NCBI GenBank assembly: GCA_018061645.1 | Contig: JAGOTT010000001.1 | Location: 65,090-129,089, forward strand | Source of the DNA: Candidatus Moraniibacteriota bacterium | GTDB taxonomy: Bacteria > Patescibacteriota > Minisyncoccia > Moranbacterales > UBA1568 | Length of the DNA: 64,000 nucleotides | Direction: 5' to 3' | Part shown: positions 37,506 through 46,153 of the stretch, piece after piece | Layout of the letters: every line of letters starts with the position of its first letter | Numbering within the stretch: position 1 is the stretch's first letter | The notes under the pieces: generated by a model | The model's input: only the letters and a program-made list of their open reading frames with translations | Told to the model about the DNA's origin: nothing | Database searches by the model: none | Position numbers and translations under genes: made by a program

Positions 37506-37855
37506 TCGTTTTTATTTTCTTTGAGGTCATCCAGGGACTCTTTCCGTGTGAGCGAGGTGATCTGCTGTTCGAGACTTTCGACGGCGGAGAGGATCTTGAA
37601 GATCATGAGGAAGACGAGAATGAATCCGACGAGGATGACCGCGTTGATGTTGCCCTCGATGCCGATGAACAGGGCGACCTGGTTGCTCAGGTTCGGGTAG
37701 ATGGCGATGGCGGCCATACCGCCCCAGACGATGATCCGGACGGCGAACTTGAGGAAGGTCTGATTGTCCTCATGGGTGAGGTATTTCTTACCGCCCTGAA
37801 AGATCATGAATGCGGCGAGGGCGAGGATGACGACCTGGTAGAGATGGAGAGACAT
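37502..37855 (-). CDS. Small membrane protein (DUF2304-like) coupled to GT2
   Basis: 117 aa, 3-4 TM helices plus charged tail; downstream of and overlapping GT2 operon partner, common GT2+DUF2304 arrangement. Confidence 0.5.
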   Translation of the reverse strand: MSLHLYQVVILALAAFMIFQGGKKYLTHEDNQTFLKFAVRIIVWGGMAAIAIYPNLSNQVALFIGIEGNINAVILVGFILVFLMIFKILSAVESLEQQITSLTRKESLDDLKENKND

Positions 37856-37912
37856 ATAAGAATTGCAGATTGCAGAATTAAGATTGATGAATGATGAATT
37901 GAGATTTTCGAA

Positions 37913-38000
37913 TGAGATTCCTCGACTCCAAGACTCGCTCGGAATGACAAAATGATGAAATCCTTCGACTGCGCTCAGGATGACAGCTTCGCTGTCATTT
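37913..38000. repeat. Family-1 repeats (two reverse-orientation units) in GT2-DUF2304 intergenic spacer
   Basis: gagattcctcgactccaagactcgctcggaatgacaa and gaaatccttcgactgcgctcaggatgaca; preceded by low-complexity tandem repeats 37861-37912. Confidence 0.75.
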
Positions 38001-38756
38001 TAGCATGTGGAAGATCATGCGGTAGAGGGTCTTGATGCCGTTTGCGAGACTCTGTTTGTGGAGTTTCCCCATCGAATATTCGGTGTAGCGGACTTCGATC
38101 GGGATTTCCCGATATGTGAGCTTGTATTTATAGATTTCGCGGATGACCTCGCTGTCGTATTCGTAGCGGTCTGTTCTCGTGTTGATGACTTCGGCGGCAT
38201 GGCGGGAGTAGGCGCGGAAGCCAGACTGGCTGTCGGAGACCCACAGACCGTAGAGGTACCAGACGATGGCGTTGCCGATCCAATTGTGGACGATCTTGTA
38301 TTTCGGCATGCCCCGGGGATCCTTGAGGCGGGTGCCGAGGACGACATCGCAGTGTCCGTCACGGATGGGGGCGATGAGTTGTTCGATGTCCGCGGGACTG
38401 TGCTGACCGTCGCCGTCCATGGTGACGATGATATCGGCGTCTTGGATTTTTGCCGCCTCAATGCCGGTCTTGGTGGCGGCGCCTTTGCCGCGGTTGAGCC
38501 GGTGGCGAAGCGTGAGGACGCCGGTCTCCTTCGCTTTTTCGTAGGTGGCGTCCCTCGACCCGTCGTCGACGACGAGGATGTTGCCGTATCCGGCTTGGCG
38601 GATTTCGGTGATGACGCCCCCGATGACGGTTTCCTCGTTATAGGCGGGGATGACGATGAAGACGGACGGAGCGTCCCTACGGACGACCGTTTCACGGATG
38701 TCGATCTCGACATCACGGGTTTCGTAGTGGATTTCGCGGGTTTCGGTTTCAGGCAT
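37995..38756 (-). CDS. GT2 polyprenol-phosphate glycosyltransferase (DPM1-like)
   Basis: VFIVIPAYNEE, LVVDDGSRDAT, VTMDGDGQHSP, VVLGTR. Confidence 0.85.
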   Translation of the reverse strand: MPETETREIHYETRDVEIDIRETVVRRDAPSVFIVIPAYNEETVIGGVITEIRQAGYGNILVVDDGSRDATYEKAKETGVLTLRHRLNRGKGAATKTGIEAAKIQDADIIVTMDGDGQHSPADIEQLIAPIRDGHCDVVLGTRLKDPRGMPKYKIVHNWIGNAIVWYLYGLWVSDSQSGFRAYSRHAAEVINTRTDRYEYDSEVIREIYKYKLTYREIPIEVRYTEYSMGKLHKQSLANGIKTLYRMIFHMLK

Positions 38757-38887
38757 AGGAATCCTTTCTTGTGGCTTATTGTAGCAGTTCCTATGGAAAG
38801 GGGAAAGTTGTGATTCTGAGCGGTTTCTGGTACGATAAAGCTGAAGAAAGCCTGTTTTTGATAGGTTTTAGTTTTTAGAAACGATAT

Positions 38888-39832
38888 ATGGAAAACGGGA
38901 AACCGTATGTATCGGTGGTGGTGCCGGTATATAACGAGGAAGGGAACGTGGTCGAGTTGCACCGGCGGATCAGGGAGGCGTGCGAGAAAATCGGGCGTTT
39001 GTTCGAAATCATCCTCGTCGATGACGGATCGACGGATAAGACGGTTGAGCTGTGTCGCGGATTATCGCCTTTGACGCTTATCGGATTTCGTAGGAACTTT
39101 GGGCAGACAGCCGCCTTTGACGCGGGGATCAAGAGAGCGACTGGGGATATCGTCATCACGATGGATGGCGACCTGCAGAACGATCCGGCGGACATCCCGC
39201 TTCTTCTTGCAGAGATGGACAAGGGGTTCGATATCGTTTCCGGATGGCGCCACAAGCGCAAGGACACGCTCATGAAACGGTTCTTCTCGCGCGGGGCGAA
39301 CCTGCTTCGCAAGGGACTGGTCAAGGACGGGATCCATGATTCCGGATGCAGCCTCAAGGCATATCGGCGCGAATGCTTCGACGGGGTGGATCTGTTCGGG
39401 GAGATGCATCGGTTCATGCCGGCGCTCCTTCAGCTCGACGGTTTCCGCGTGTCCGAGGTCAAGGTCTCGCACCACCCGCGTATCCACGGCGTGACGAAAT
39501 ACAACTGGAAACGAGCGATCAAGGGATTTGTCGATATGCTCTTCATCTGGTTCTGGCGCAAGTACTCGCACCGCGCGATCCACCTCTTCGGTGGGACGGG
39601 GCTCGTGCTCGGACTTGTCGGTATCGGGCTTCTCGGATGGATGTTCGTGGAAAAAGTCTTCTTCGGCGCGTCACTTTCGGAACGCATCTGGCCTTTGGTC
39701 GGAACGCTCCTTGTCCTTGTCGGAGTGCAGCTCTTCATCTTCGGCATCCTCGTTGATGTTTCGGTGAAGACGTACTACAGCCAGCGTGGAAGAATGAATT
39801 ACAGCGTAAAACAGATAACAAATAACAGTTAA
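38888..39832 (+). CDS. GT2 polyprenol-phosphate glycosyltransferase with C-terminal TM helices (GtrB/ArnC-like)
   Basis: VSVVVPVYNEE, LVDDGSTDKT, ITMDGDLQNDP, two C-terminal TM helices; last codons (KQITNNS) lie in family-2 repeat. Confidence 0.85.
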   Translation: MENGKPYVSVVVPVYNEEGNVVELHRRIREACEKIGRLFEIILVDDGSTDKTVELCRGLSPLTLIGFRRNFGQTAAFDAGIKRATGDIVITMDGDLQNDPADIPLLLAEMDKGFDIVSGWRHKRKDTLMKRFFSRGANLLRKGLVKDGIHDSGCSLKAYRRECFDGVDLFGEMHRFMPALLQLDGFRVSEVKVSHHPRIHGVTKYNWKRAIKGFVDMLFIWFWRKYSHRAIHLFGGTGLVLGLVGIGLLGWMFVEKVFFGASLSERIWPLVGTLLVLVGVQLFIFGILVDVSVKTYYSQRGRMNYSVKQITNNS

Positions 39833-39879
39833 CAGTCAACGGGGAAGCAAAAACAACAAAAACAGTTAACGGAAAACGA
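39809..39879. repeat. Family-2 repeat / left IR of four-helix-bundle gene B
   Basis: aaacagataacaaataacagttaacagtcaac ... aacagttaacggaaaacg; IR partner at 40272-40314. Confidence 0.65.
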
Positions 39880-39897
39880 AGAAAAGAAAAAATAGGT

Positions 39898-40260
39898 ATG
39901 GAAAAGGATATCCTGAAGGAGAAGATGGATGGATTAGCGAAGGGTGTCTATGATGTGACAAAGAAATTTCCAAAGGATGAGATTTATGGAATAACATCGC
40001 AGTTGAGAAGGGCATCCTTATCGGTTATCCTGAATTATGTCGAAGGATTTGCTCGAACGGGTGACAAGGAATTGAAAAACTTTCTTCAGATATCGTACGG
40101 GTCGCTGAAAGAAACGAAATACCTTATATTTTTCTGTACCCGAGAAAAGTATATGACAAAGAAGGAGTATGGAGCTCTTATGGCGTTGACAGATGAGATA
40201 GGGGCGATGCTTTGGAAAAGAATCCAGAGCGTGAAAGGAAGAATCGCTGCTGGTAAGTGA
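39898..40260 (+). CDS. Four-helix-bundle protein (23S rRNA IVS protein family)
   Basis: 120 aa; QLRRASLSVILNYVEGF, FLQISYGSLKETKYL. Confidence 0.9.
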   Translation: MEKDILKEKMDGLAKGVYDVTKKFPKDEIYGITSQLRRASLSVILNYVEGFARTGDKELKNFLQISYGSLKETKYLIFFCTREKYMTKKEYGALMALTDEIGAMLWKRIQSVKGRIAAGK

Positions 40261-40271
40261 GTGTTCGCTAT

Positions 40272-40314
40272 AAACTGTTTTCTGTTGACTGTTAATTGTT
40301 GATTGTTAACTGTT
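40272..40314. repeat. Family-2 repeat / right IR of four-helix-bundle gene B
   Basis: aaactgttttctgttgactgttaattgttgattgttaactgtt immediately abutting ugd ATG. Confidence 0.65.
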
Positions 40315-41625
40315 ATGAAGTTGTCCTTCATCGGGACGGGGTACGTGGGGCTGGTGTCGGGGACGTGCATGGCGGAAATCGGTCACGAGGTGATCTGTGC
40401 GGATATCGACAAGAAGAAAATCGACAAGCTCAAGCGGGGAGGAATCCCGATCTATGAGTTCGGTCTCGAGGAGCTGATCAAGGAGAACGTGCGCCAGGAA
40501 CGGCTGTCCTTCACGACGGACGTGGGTAGGGCGATCCGCGAGGCGGATGTCATTTTCTCCGCGGTTGGAACGCCGCCCCATCCCAAGACCGGCGAGGCGG
40601 ATCTCCGGTACGTGTTCGCAGCGGCGGAAACCTTCGGAAAGAACCTGAACGGGTACAAGATCTTCGTGAACAAATCCACGGTCCCGGTCGGGACGGCGGA
40701 ACGGGTGCACGCCGCGATCGCGAAAGCAAGTGATGGAAAATTCGAGTTCGATGTCGTCTCGAATCCGGAATTCCTCCGCGAGGGCGCGGCGGTCAAGGAT
40801 TTCCTCAATCCGGACCGGGTCGTCGTCGGTGCGGACAGCGAGCGTGCCTGGGAGATAATGGAAAAGGTCTATCGCCCGATCGCCCGTTCGGGGCGTCCGG
40901 TGGTGCTGACCGACGTGAAAAGCGCGGAAATCATCAAATACGCGTCGAACGCATTTCTTGCGACCAAGATATCTTTCATAAACGAGATCGCCCGGTTCAT
41001 CGACAAGGCCGGCGGCAACGTGAAGGAGGTGTCACGCGGGATGGGATTCGACAGCCGGATCGGCTCGCGATTCCTCTATGCCGGTATCGGGTATGGCGGG
41101 TCGTGCTTCCCGAAGGACGTGAAGGCGCTCATCCACACGGGCAAGGAGCATGGCGTGGACTTCACCATTCTCGAAGCGGTGGAGGCGACCAATGAGAGAC
41201 AGAAGCTCCTGCCGGTCGCGCATCTGCGGAAATCGCTCAAGACGCTCAAAGGGAAGCGGATCGCGCTTTGGGGTCTTTCGTTCAAACCGCGGACCGACGA
41301 TGCGCGCGAAGCGCCGGCACTTTCGATCATCGAGGCGCTCACCAAGGCAGGGGCGTCGATTCAGGCTTTCGATCCGGTCGCGACCGAGAACGCCAAAGGA
41401 TTCATCGGCAGGAACGCGAAAGTGAAGTATGTGACGAAACAATACGATGCGCTCGACAAGGCGGATGCGCTCGTCATCGTCACCGAGTGGGATGAGTTCC
41501 GTACCGCGGATTACAAGGAGATCGGCAAGCGCATGAAAGGGCGGGTGATCGTCGATGGACGCAATATCCTCGAGCGCGAGGAAGCCGAAGCCGCGGGATT
41601 CGTTTACTATGGGGTTGGAGTCTGA
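40315..41625 (+). CDS. ugd: UDP-glucose 6-dehydrogenase
   Basis: MKLSFIGTGYVGLVSG, GGSCFPKDV catalytic Cys motif, 436 aa. Confidence 0.9.
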   Translation: MKLSFIGTGYVGLVSGTCMAEIGHEVICADIDKKKIDKLKRGGIPIYEFGLEELIKENVRQERLSFTTDVGRAIREADVIFSAVGTPPHPKTGEADLRYVFAAAETFGKNLNGYKIFVNKSTVPVGTAERVHAAIAKASDGKFEFDVVSNPEFLREGAAVKDFLNPDRVVVGADSERAWEIMEKVYRPIARSGRPVVLTDVKSAEIIKYASNAFLATKISFINEIARFIDKAGGNVKEVSRGMGFDSRIGSRFLYAGIGYGGSCFPKDVKALIHTGKEHGVDFTILEAVEATNERQKLLPVAHLRKSLKTLKGKRIALWGLSFKPRTDDAREAPALSIIEALTKAGASIQAFDPVATENAKGFIGRNAKVKYVTKQYDALDKADALVIVTEWDEFRTADYKEIGKRMKGRVIVDGRNILEREEAEAAGFVYYGVGV

Positions 41626-41642
41626 TAGACAATAGACCAAGA

Positions 41643-41655
41643 ACCAAAATCCAAT
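41643..41655. repeat. Left inverted repeat flanking four-helix-bundle gene C (accaaaatccaat)
   Basis: perfect 13-bp reverse complement at 42083-42095. Confidence 0.65.
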
Positions 41656-41671
41656 CACCAAGGAAATTCCG

Positions 41672-42043
41672 ATGACCAATGACCAATCCCCGAAAAAGAA
41701 ATTCGATCTTGAGGATCGGACGCTTGATTTTGCGAAGCGAGTCGTACGGATGTGTAAGGAGCTACCGACGAACACCGTAAACGATAATCTTGTAGATCAA
41801 GTGATCCGCTCCGCTGGTTCGGTCGGAGCGAATTATCGTGAAGCGAATGATGCGCTTGGTACGAAAGACTTTCTGATGCGTCTGAAGATTTCTCGAAAAG
41901 AGGTGAAAGAGACACATTTCTGGCTGGAGCTTATCATCGAAGCAAATCCGGATCTGAAGAAAAGAATCGAAAGCCTGTTTCAAGAATCGCTCGAGTTGAA
42001 AAAGATTCTTTCTGCTATAATCACGAAACTCCAGAATAAATGA
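41672..42043 (+). CDS. Four-helix-bundle protein (23S rRNA IVS protein family)
   Basis: 123 aa; VIRSAGSVGANYREAN, FLMRLKISRKEVKETHFWL; close paralog of 50352..50723. Confidence 0.9.
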   Translation: MTNDQSPKKKFDLEDRTLDFAKRVVRMCKELPTNTVNDNLVDQVIRSAGSVGANYREANDALGTKDFLMRLKISRKEVKETHFWLELIIEANPDLKKRIESLFQESLELKKILSAIITKLQNK

Positions 42044-42082
42044 TTCAGTGATTGTTTCTTGATGATTGATCATTATCTGGTT

Positions 42083-42095
42083 ATTGGATTTTGGT
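42083..42095. repeat. Right inverted repeat flanking four-helix-bundle gene C (attggattttggt)
   Basis: reverse complement of 41643-41655. Confidence 0.65.
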
Positions 42096-42106
42096 AATTG
42101 GTGATT

Positions 42107-43429
42107 ATGAAAGTGTTATTTCTCAATTATGAGTATCCTCCGCTCGGTGGAGGTGCGGCGAACGCGACGCGGTATATCCTGCGGGAGTTTTCGCGCATGC
42201 CGGGTGTCGAGGCACATCTCGTGACGAGCGGGATGGGGAAGGAGTATGAGAAGGAACATATCGGCGGATCCGTGTGGGTGCATCGGCTGCCGATTGGCAA
42301 GGATCCGGGAAAGATCCACTCGCAGTCGGTGCGGGATCTGATTGTCTACAGCGCGAAGGCGTGGTGGTTTTCTTCGTGGATCATCCGTACGGCGAAACGC
42401 GAGGGAAATCCCTTCGACCGGACGATTGCCTTTTTCGGGATTCCCTGCGGGGCGCTCGCTCTTTGGTTCAAGTGGCGGTTTGGTATCCCATATGTCGTGT
42501 CGCTCCGCGGGTCGGATGTCCCCGGATACAGCGAGAAGTATGACCGGCTCTATCTTTTCCTCGCGCCGTTCGTCCGGCTCGTGTGGAAGAAGGCGCTCGC
42601 GGTCGTTCCGAACAGTCGGGGGCTCGCGGAACTTGCCGGAAAGACCGCTCCGCGACAGGCATTCGAAATTATTCCGAACGGTGTGGACACGGAGGAATTC
42701 CGTCCCGATCCGGCGCGCGAACGTGACGGATATTTCCGCATACTGGCCGTGTCCCGGCTTACGCCGCGGAAGGGGATTCGATTCCTCATCCGGGCGATGT
42801 CGATACTTTCTCCGTCTGTCATTGCGAGCGAAGCGCGGCAATCCAGTGAAAAGGGAAAAGGACTGGATCGCCACGCCTCTGGCGAAGACGTCGGGGCTCG
42901 CGATGACAGATATTCGAAACTGGAACTCTGGATCGCGGGTGACGGGGAGGAGAAAGCGGAACTTGAAGTGCTCGCGAAGGAATGCGGCGTCTCCGACAAG
43001 GTGAAGTTCTTCGGGGCGGTACCGCATGAGCATCTCGGCCGATACTACGGACTTGCGGACGTCTTCTGTCTGCCGTCGCAGAACGAGGGCATGAGCAACA
43101 CCGTGCTCGAGGCGCTCGCGGCGGGGCTCCCGATCGTCGCGACGGTGACCGGCGGGACGGAGGAATTGATCCGTGACGGGGAGAACGGTCTCTTCGTCGT
43201 ACAACGGTCGCCGGAGGATCTCGCCGAGAAGCTCGGAAAACTCTTGGCCGACGAGTCACTCCGAGTGCGTATGGGAGAGGCGGGCCGGAAGCGTGCCGAG
43301 GAGATGAATTGGGAAAGCGTTGCAGGCCAATTTCTTGAGCTGTGCTCAAGAAAAAAAGCACAAATCTTAGAACACAAAGATCCAAACAAAACACAGACCA
43401 CAAAACTGAAAACTGACCGATCGGAATGA
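42107..43429 (+). CDS. Glycosyltransferase family 4 with in-frame palindromic-repeat insertion in interdomain linker
   Basis: MKVLFLNYEYPPLGGGAANA; C-terminal EGMSNTVLEALAAGLPIV; inserted peptide SVIASEARQSSEKGKGLDRHASGEDVGARDDR from repeat 42817-42908. Confidence 0.85.
   Translation: MKVLFLNYEYPPLGGGAANATRYILREFSRMPGVEAHLVTSGMGKEYEKEHIGGSVWVHRLPIGKDPGKIHSQSVRDLIVYSAKAWWFSSWIIRTAKREGNPFDRTIAFFGIPCGALALWFKWRFGIPYVVSLRGSDVPGYSEKYDRLYLFLAPFVRLVWKKALAVVPNSRGLAELAGKTAPRQAFEIIPNGVDTEEFRPDPARERDGYFRILAVSRLTPRKGIRFLIRAMSILSPSVIASEARQSSEKGKGLDRHASGEDVGARDDRYSKLELWIAGDGEEKAELEVLAKECGVSDKVKFFGAVPHEHLGRYYGLADVFCLPSQNEGMSNTVLEALAAGLPIVATVTGGTEELIRDGENGLFVVQRSPEDLAEKLGKLLADESLRVRMGEAGRKRAEEMNWESVAGQFLELCSRKKAQILEHKDPNKTQTTKLKTDRSE
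42817..42908. repeat. Family-1 palindromic repeat element, in-frame inside GT4 gene
   Basis: tgtcattgcgagcgaagcgcggcaatccagt ... ctggatcgcc...ctcgcgatgaca. Confidence 0.8.
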
Positions 43430-44397
43430 CGGACACTTCTATGCTCTCAAGGAAAAATATCTTTTTTCTCCTGAAGTTCGCGGTTGCCGCGGGACTCGTG
43501 GCGCTCCTCGTACGGAACGTGGATTGGGTGGCGATCGGCGAGGAGTTTTCCGAAGCGTCGCTTCCGCTCGTGGCGCTCGCGTTCGTCTTCTATATCGTCG
43601 GGATGCTGATATCCGTCGGCAGGTGGCAGGCGACGGCGCGGTTCAAGAAGTTCGATCTTCCCTTTTCGGATGCGGTCCGGTTTCATTTCGCCGGACTTTT
43701 CCTCAACAATTTCCTGCCGTCGTTTCTCGGTGGGGACGCCTATCGGAGCTATCTTCTGGGGAATCCGGGGAAACGCTATTCCGCAGCTGCCTCGACCGTC
43801 ATCTTCGTCCGTTTCGTCGGTCTCTGGTCGACGATCGCGCTTTTCCTCGTATTCGGGTTCCTCGCGTTCGATGCCGTGTTTTCGCAGCCGATGTTCGCGC
43901 TGTTCGGAATCGGTCTCGGATGTTTTTTCGCGTTCGACGTGGCACTGACGCTTTTTTCCGATCGTGCTCCGGTGCAGTGGCTGTTCGGGATTTTTCCGGA
44001 CAAACTCCGGAACTTCTTCTATGAGATAGGAGGATTCACGGACCGGAAGTTCGTCCGGGAGAGTTTTCTCGTCTCGATCCTGTTCTCGTTCGTCGGGGTC
44101 GGGTTATTCAATCTGGCTCTTTTCTGGTCTTTCGGAGAGCATATCTCCGTCCTTCCGTATCTCTCGGTCGTTTTTCTTGTCTCGGTCGTATCCAGTCTTC
44201 CGATTTCGGTGAACAATATCGGTCTCAAGGAGTGGTCGTATTACACCTTTTTCCCGCTTATCGGCATCAGTCCGGAAGCTGCGCTTGCCGTGGCGCTCCT
44301 CGGGCGGTTTCTCCAGATGTTCGCGAGTCTCTTCGGCGCGCCGTCCTTCTTTCGAAGGAAAAGGAACCGGATAGCGGAAGATACCCGGGATTCGTAA
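43426..44397 (+). CDS. UPF0104/lysylphosphatidylglycerol-synthase-TM-like (flippase-like) membrane protein
   Basis: 323 aa, ~8 TM helices; N-terminal LLKFAVAAGLVALLVRNVDW typical of PF03706 proteins found next to GT2 genes. Confidence 0.6.
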   Translation: MTDTSMLSRKNIFFLLKFAVAAGLVALLVRNVDWVAIGEEFSEASLPLVALAFVFYIVGMLISVGRWQATARFKKFDLPFSDAVRFHFAGLFLNNFLPSFLGGDAYRSYLLGNPGKRYSAAASTVIFVRFVGLWSTIALFLVFGFLAFDAVFSQPMFALFGIGLGCFFAFDVALTLFSDRAPVQWLFGIFPDKLRNFFYEIGGFTDRKFVRESFLVSILFSFVGVGLFNLALFWSFGEHISVLPYLSVVFLVSVVSSLPISVNNIGLKEWSYYTFFPLIGISPEAALAVALLGRFLQMFASLFGAPSFFRRKRNRIAEDTRDS

Positions 44398-44474
44398 ACG
44401 TCCTGGAACTCATCATGCCGAACCCGTTCTTTTTCTAAGGAAACGCCTTCTCTCGTGGAGAAAGCGGGCATTTT

Positions 44475-46118
44475 TCAATATGTCAGGCATTTCTCCGGGA
44501 ATGGCATCCGCGGTTCCGAGCGCGAAGCCGGATCGAATACGGCTCCGAGCGTTCCGAACGGTATCAGATCATCAGTCGACGACGGTTTGCGCTCATCGAT
44601 AAAAAGGCGATTGAATCCGTCCGGAGCATCCCGCATTTCGCCTCTGAAGTAGCATCCTTGGTAGCCGTATTCGGCCGAAAGCACGTAATACATCGATTTG
44701 ACGTTGTGGCTTTCCCCGGAGATAAGAATCGGAATATCCTTGTGCGGGAATCGATGGAGCGTTTCATCGGCGATGGAACGCAGTTGTCCAAGGGTAACCT
44801 TGGCTTCGGTTCCGAATCGCAAGTCACGACCGCTTTCTTCCGCTGATGTCTGTGACATATCCAATTCATGCAGGTATTTCGTTGTCGCTTGAAAATTGAT
44901 CAGAATCAAGGCGATTCCAGCGGCTACTGTGGCGTTCTTGAGCCAGATGCTCCTGACAGCGCCGACGATACGATCGGCAGCGATGCCAAGGAAGATGAAT
45001 AACGGAGGAATGATCCCGAGATAGAAACGTGTCTGGATCTCGTATGCCACGAATACGGTGGCAAAAAAGAATCCGGCGAACCATAGTCCGACGAAAGCGA
45101 GCGCCGTTTTGCGTTTCATATCAGAAGCCGATCTCCATCTCTGGTATGCCGATACTGTGATAAATCCGAATATCATCATCGCAGGGATGGAGTATGGCAA
45201 TAAAGCCCGGCATTTTTTGTCGCAGGTCATCGAGAAGCCTTCCGTTTTGATCACATCGGTATCCTGCTGTCCGGTAACGGTGAGCCAGGTGACGCGTGAT
45301 GCCTGCTGGTAAGATCGAAAAATCTTCTCGTGCCAGCCATGCCCAACGCCATGATACGTATCGTCCGTAAGCGCCTTTTTGAATGTCTCCGTATTTTCTC
45401 CGCCGGTTTTCCATTCGTGTACAAAAATCGGGAATTGCAGTGCCGTAACTATGGCGATACCGAAGAATATCTCCCGAAGACGCAAGGATCTTGAGAGGAC
45501 AAGAAACATCGTCAGTCCGATCAGGAGTCCTGCGATCGCTACGAGGTGCAACTGTGCGATTATGCCGACGCATGTGGCTGCTCCGACAAGAAGCCATCGA
45601 CGCGTAGCGCCTTTTCTCTCGATCGCTTCGAGAAAAAACAAGGCGAAGAGCGTCGTGAAAAACGGGAGGCCGTTCGGATTCCATGTGAAACGGGAAAATG
45701 TCACCAGAAACAGTGAAACGCTTGCCAGCGCGGTGAACCACAGGGACAGCGGAAGGGGAATGAACCGTTGAAGCAACAAAAAAAGAAGGGGAATCGTAAG
45801 AACACCGAAAACAAGGTCGGGATACGCGAAACTTTCCGCCGTGCCGCCGAAAATCTTTCCTGAAAAATACTGGAAATAGTAGGAAATCGGTCCGAGGTGA
45901 AATCCCGTGCTGCCTGCTTCGGGTCCGAGAAGCGGCAGCGACGTGATTCCATGCGCCATCGCCTGATTCATGATGATAGCATCGCGAGCCTGGTCCGATT
46001 TGAATACGAGCCAATCGCTATGGTGAACCGATCGCAGCCCGATGGCAACGACGATGATGATCGCTGACAATGCGAGCAGGAGCTTTTTCCGTAGGTCTGG
46101 AACCTTATCAAGGCACAT
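44475..46118 (-). CDS. GT-C fold membrane glycosyltransferase, GT39/ArnT/PMT-like
   Basis: start set at MCLDKVPDLRKKLLLAL; loop-1 motif FKSDQARDA (DE-type); >10 TM helices. Confidence 0.6.
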   Translation of the reverse strand: MCLDKVPDLRKKLLLALSAIIIVVAIGLRSVHHSDWLVFKSDQARDAIIMNQAMAHGITSLPLLGPEAGSTGFHLGPISYYFQYFSGKIFGGTAESFAYPDLVFGVLTIPLLFLLLQRFIPLPLSLWFTALASVSLFLVTFSRFTWNPNGLPFFTTLFALFFLEAIERKGATRRWLLVGAATCVGIIAQLHLVAIAGLLIGLTMFLVLSRSLRLREIFFGIAIVTALQFPIFVHEWKTGGENTETFKKALTDDTYHGVGHGWHEKIFRSYQQASRVTWLTVTGQQDTDVIKTEGFSMTCDKKCRALLPYSIPAMMIFGFITVSAYQRWRSASDMKRKTALAFVGLWFAGFFFATVFVAYEIQTRFYLGIIPPLFIFLGIAADRIVGAVRSIWLKNATVAAGIALILINFQATTKYLHELDMSQTSAEESGRDLRFGTEAKVTLGQLRSIADETLHRFPHKDIPILISGESHNVKSMYYVLSAEYGYQGCYFRGEMRDAPDGFNRLFIDERKPSSTDDLIPFGTLGAVFDPASRSEPRMPFPEKCLTY

Positions 46119-46153
46119 ATTTTTTCGAAGCCGTTTTTTCACCCGAAAAGTCT

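Noticed and set aside
38015-38962. 315-aa minus-strand Ser/Thr/Pro-rich ORF
   Set aside because: Alternative frame over the GT2 genes. Low-complexity with no motifs. The GT2 frames are well supported.
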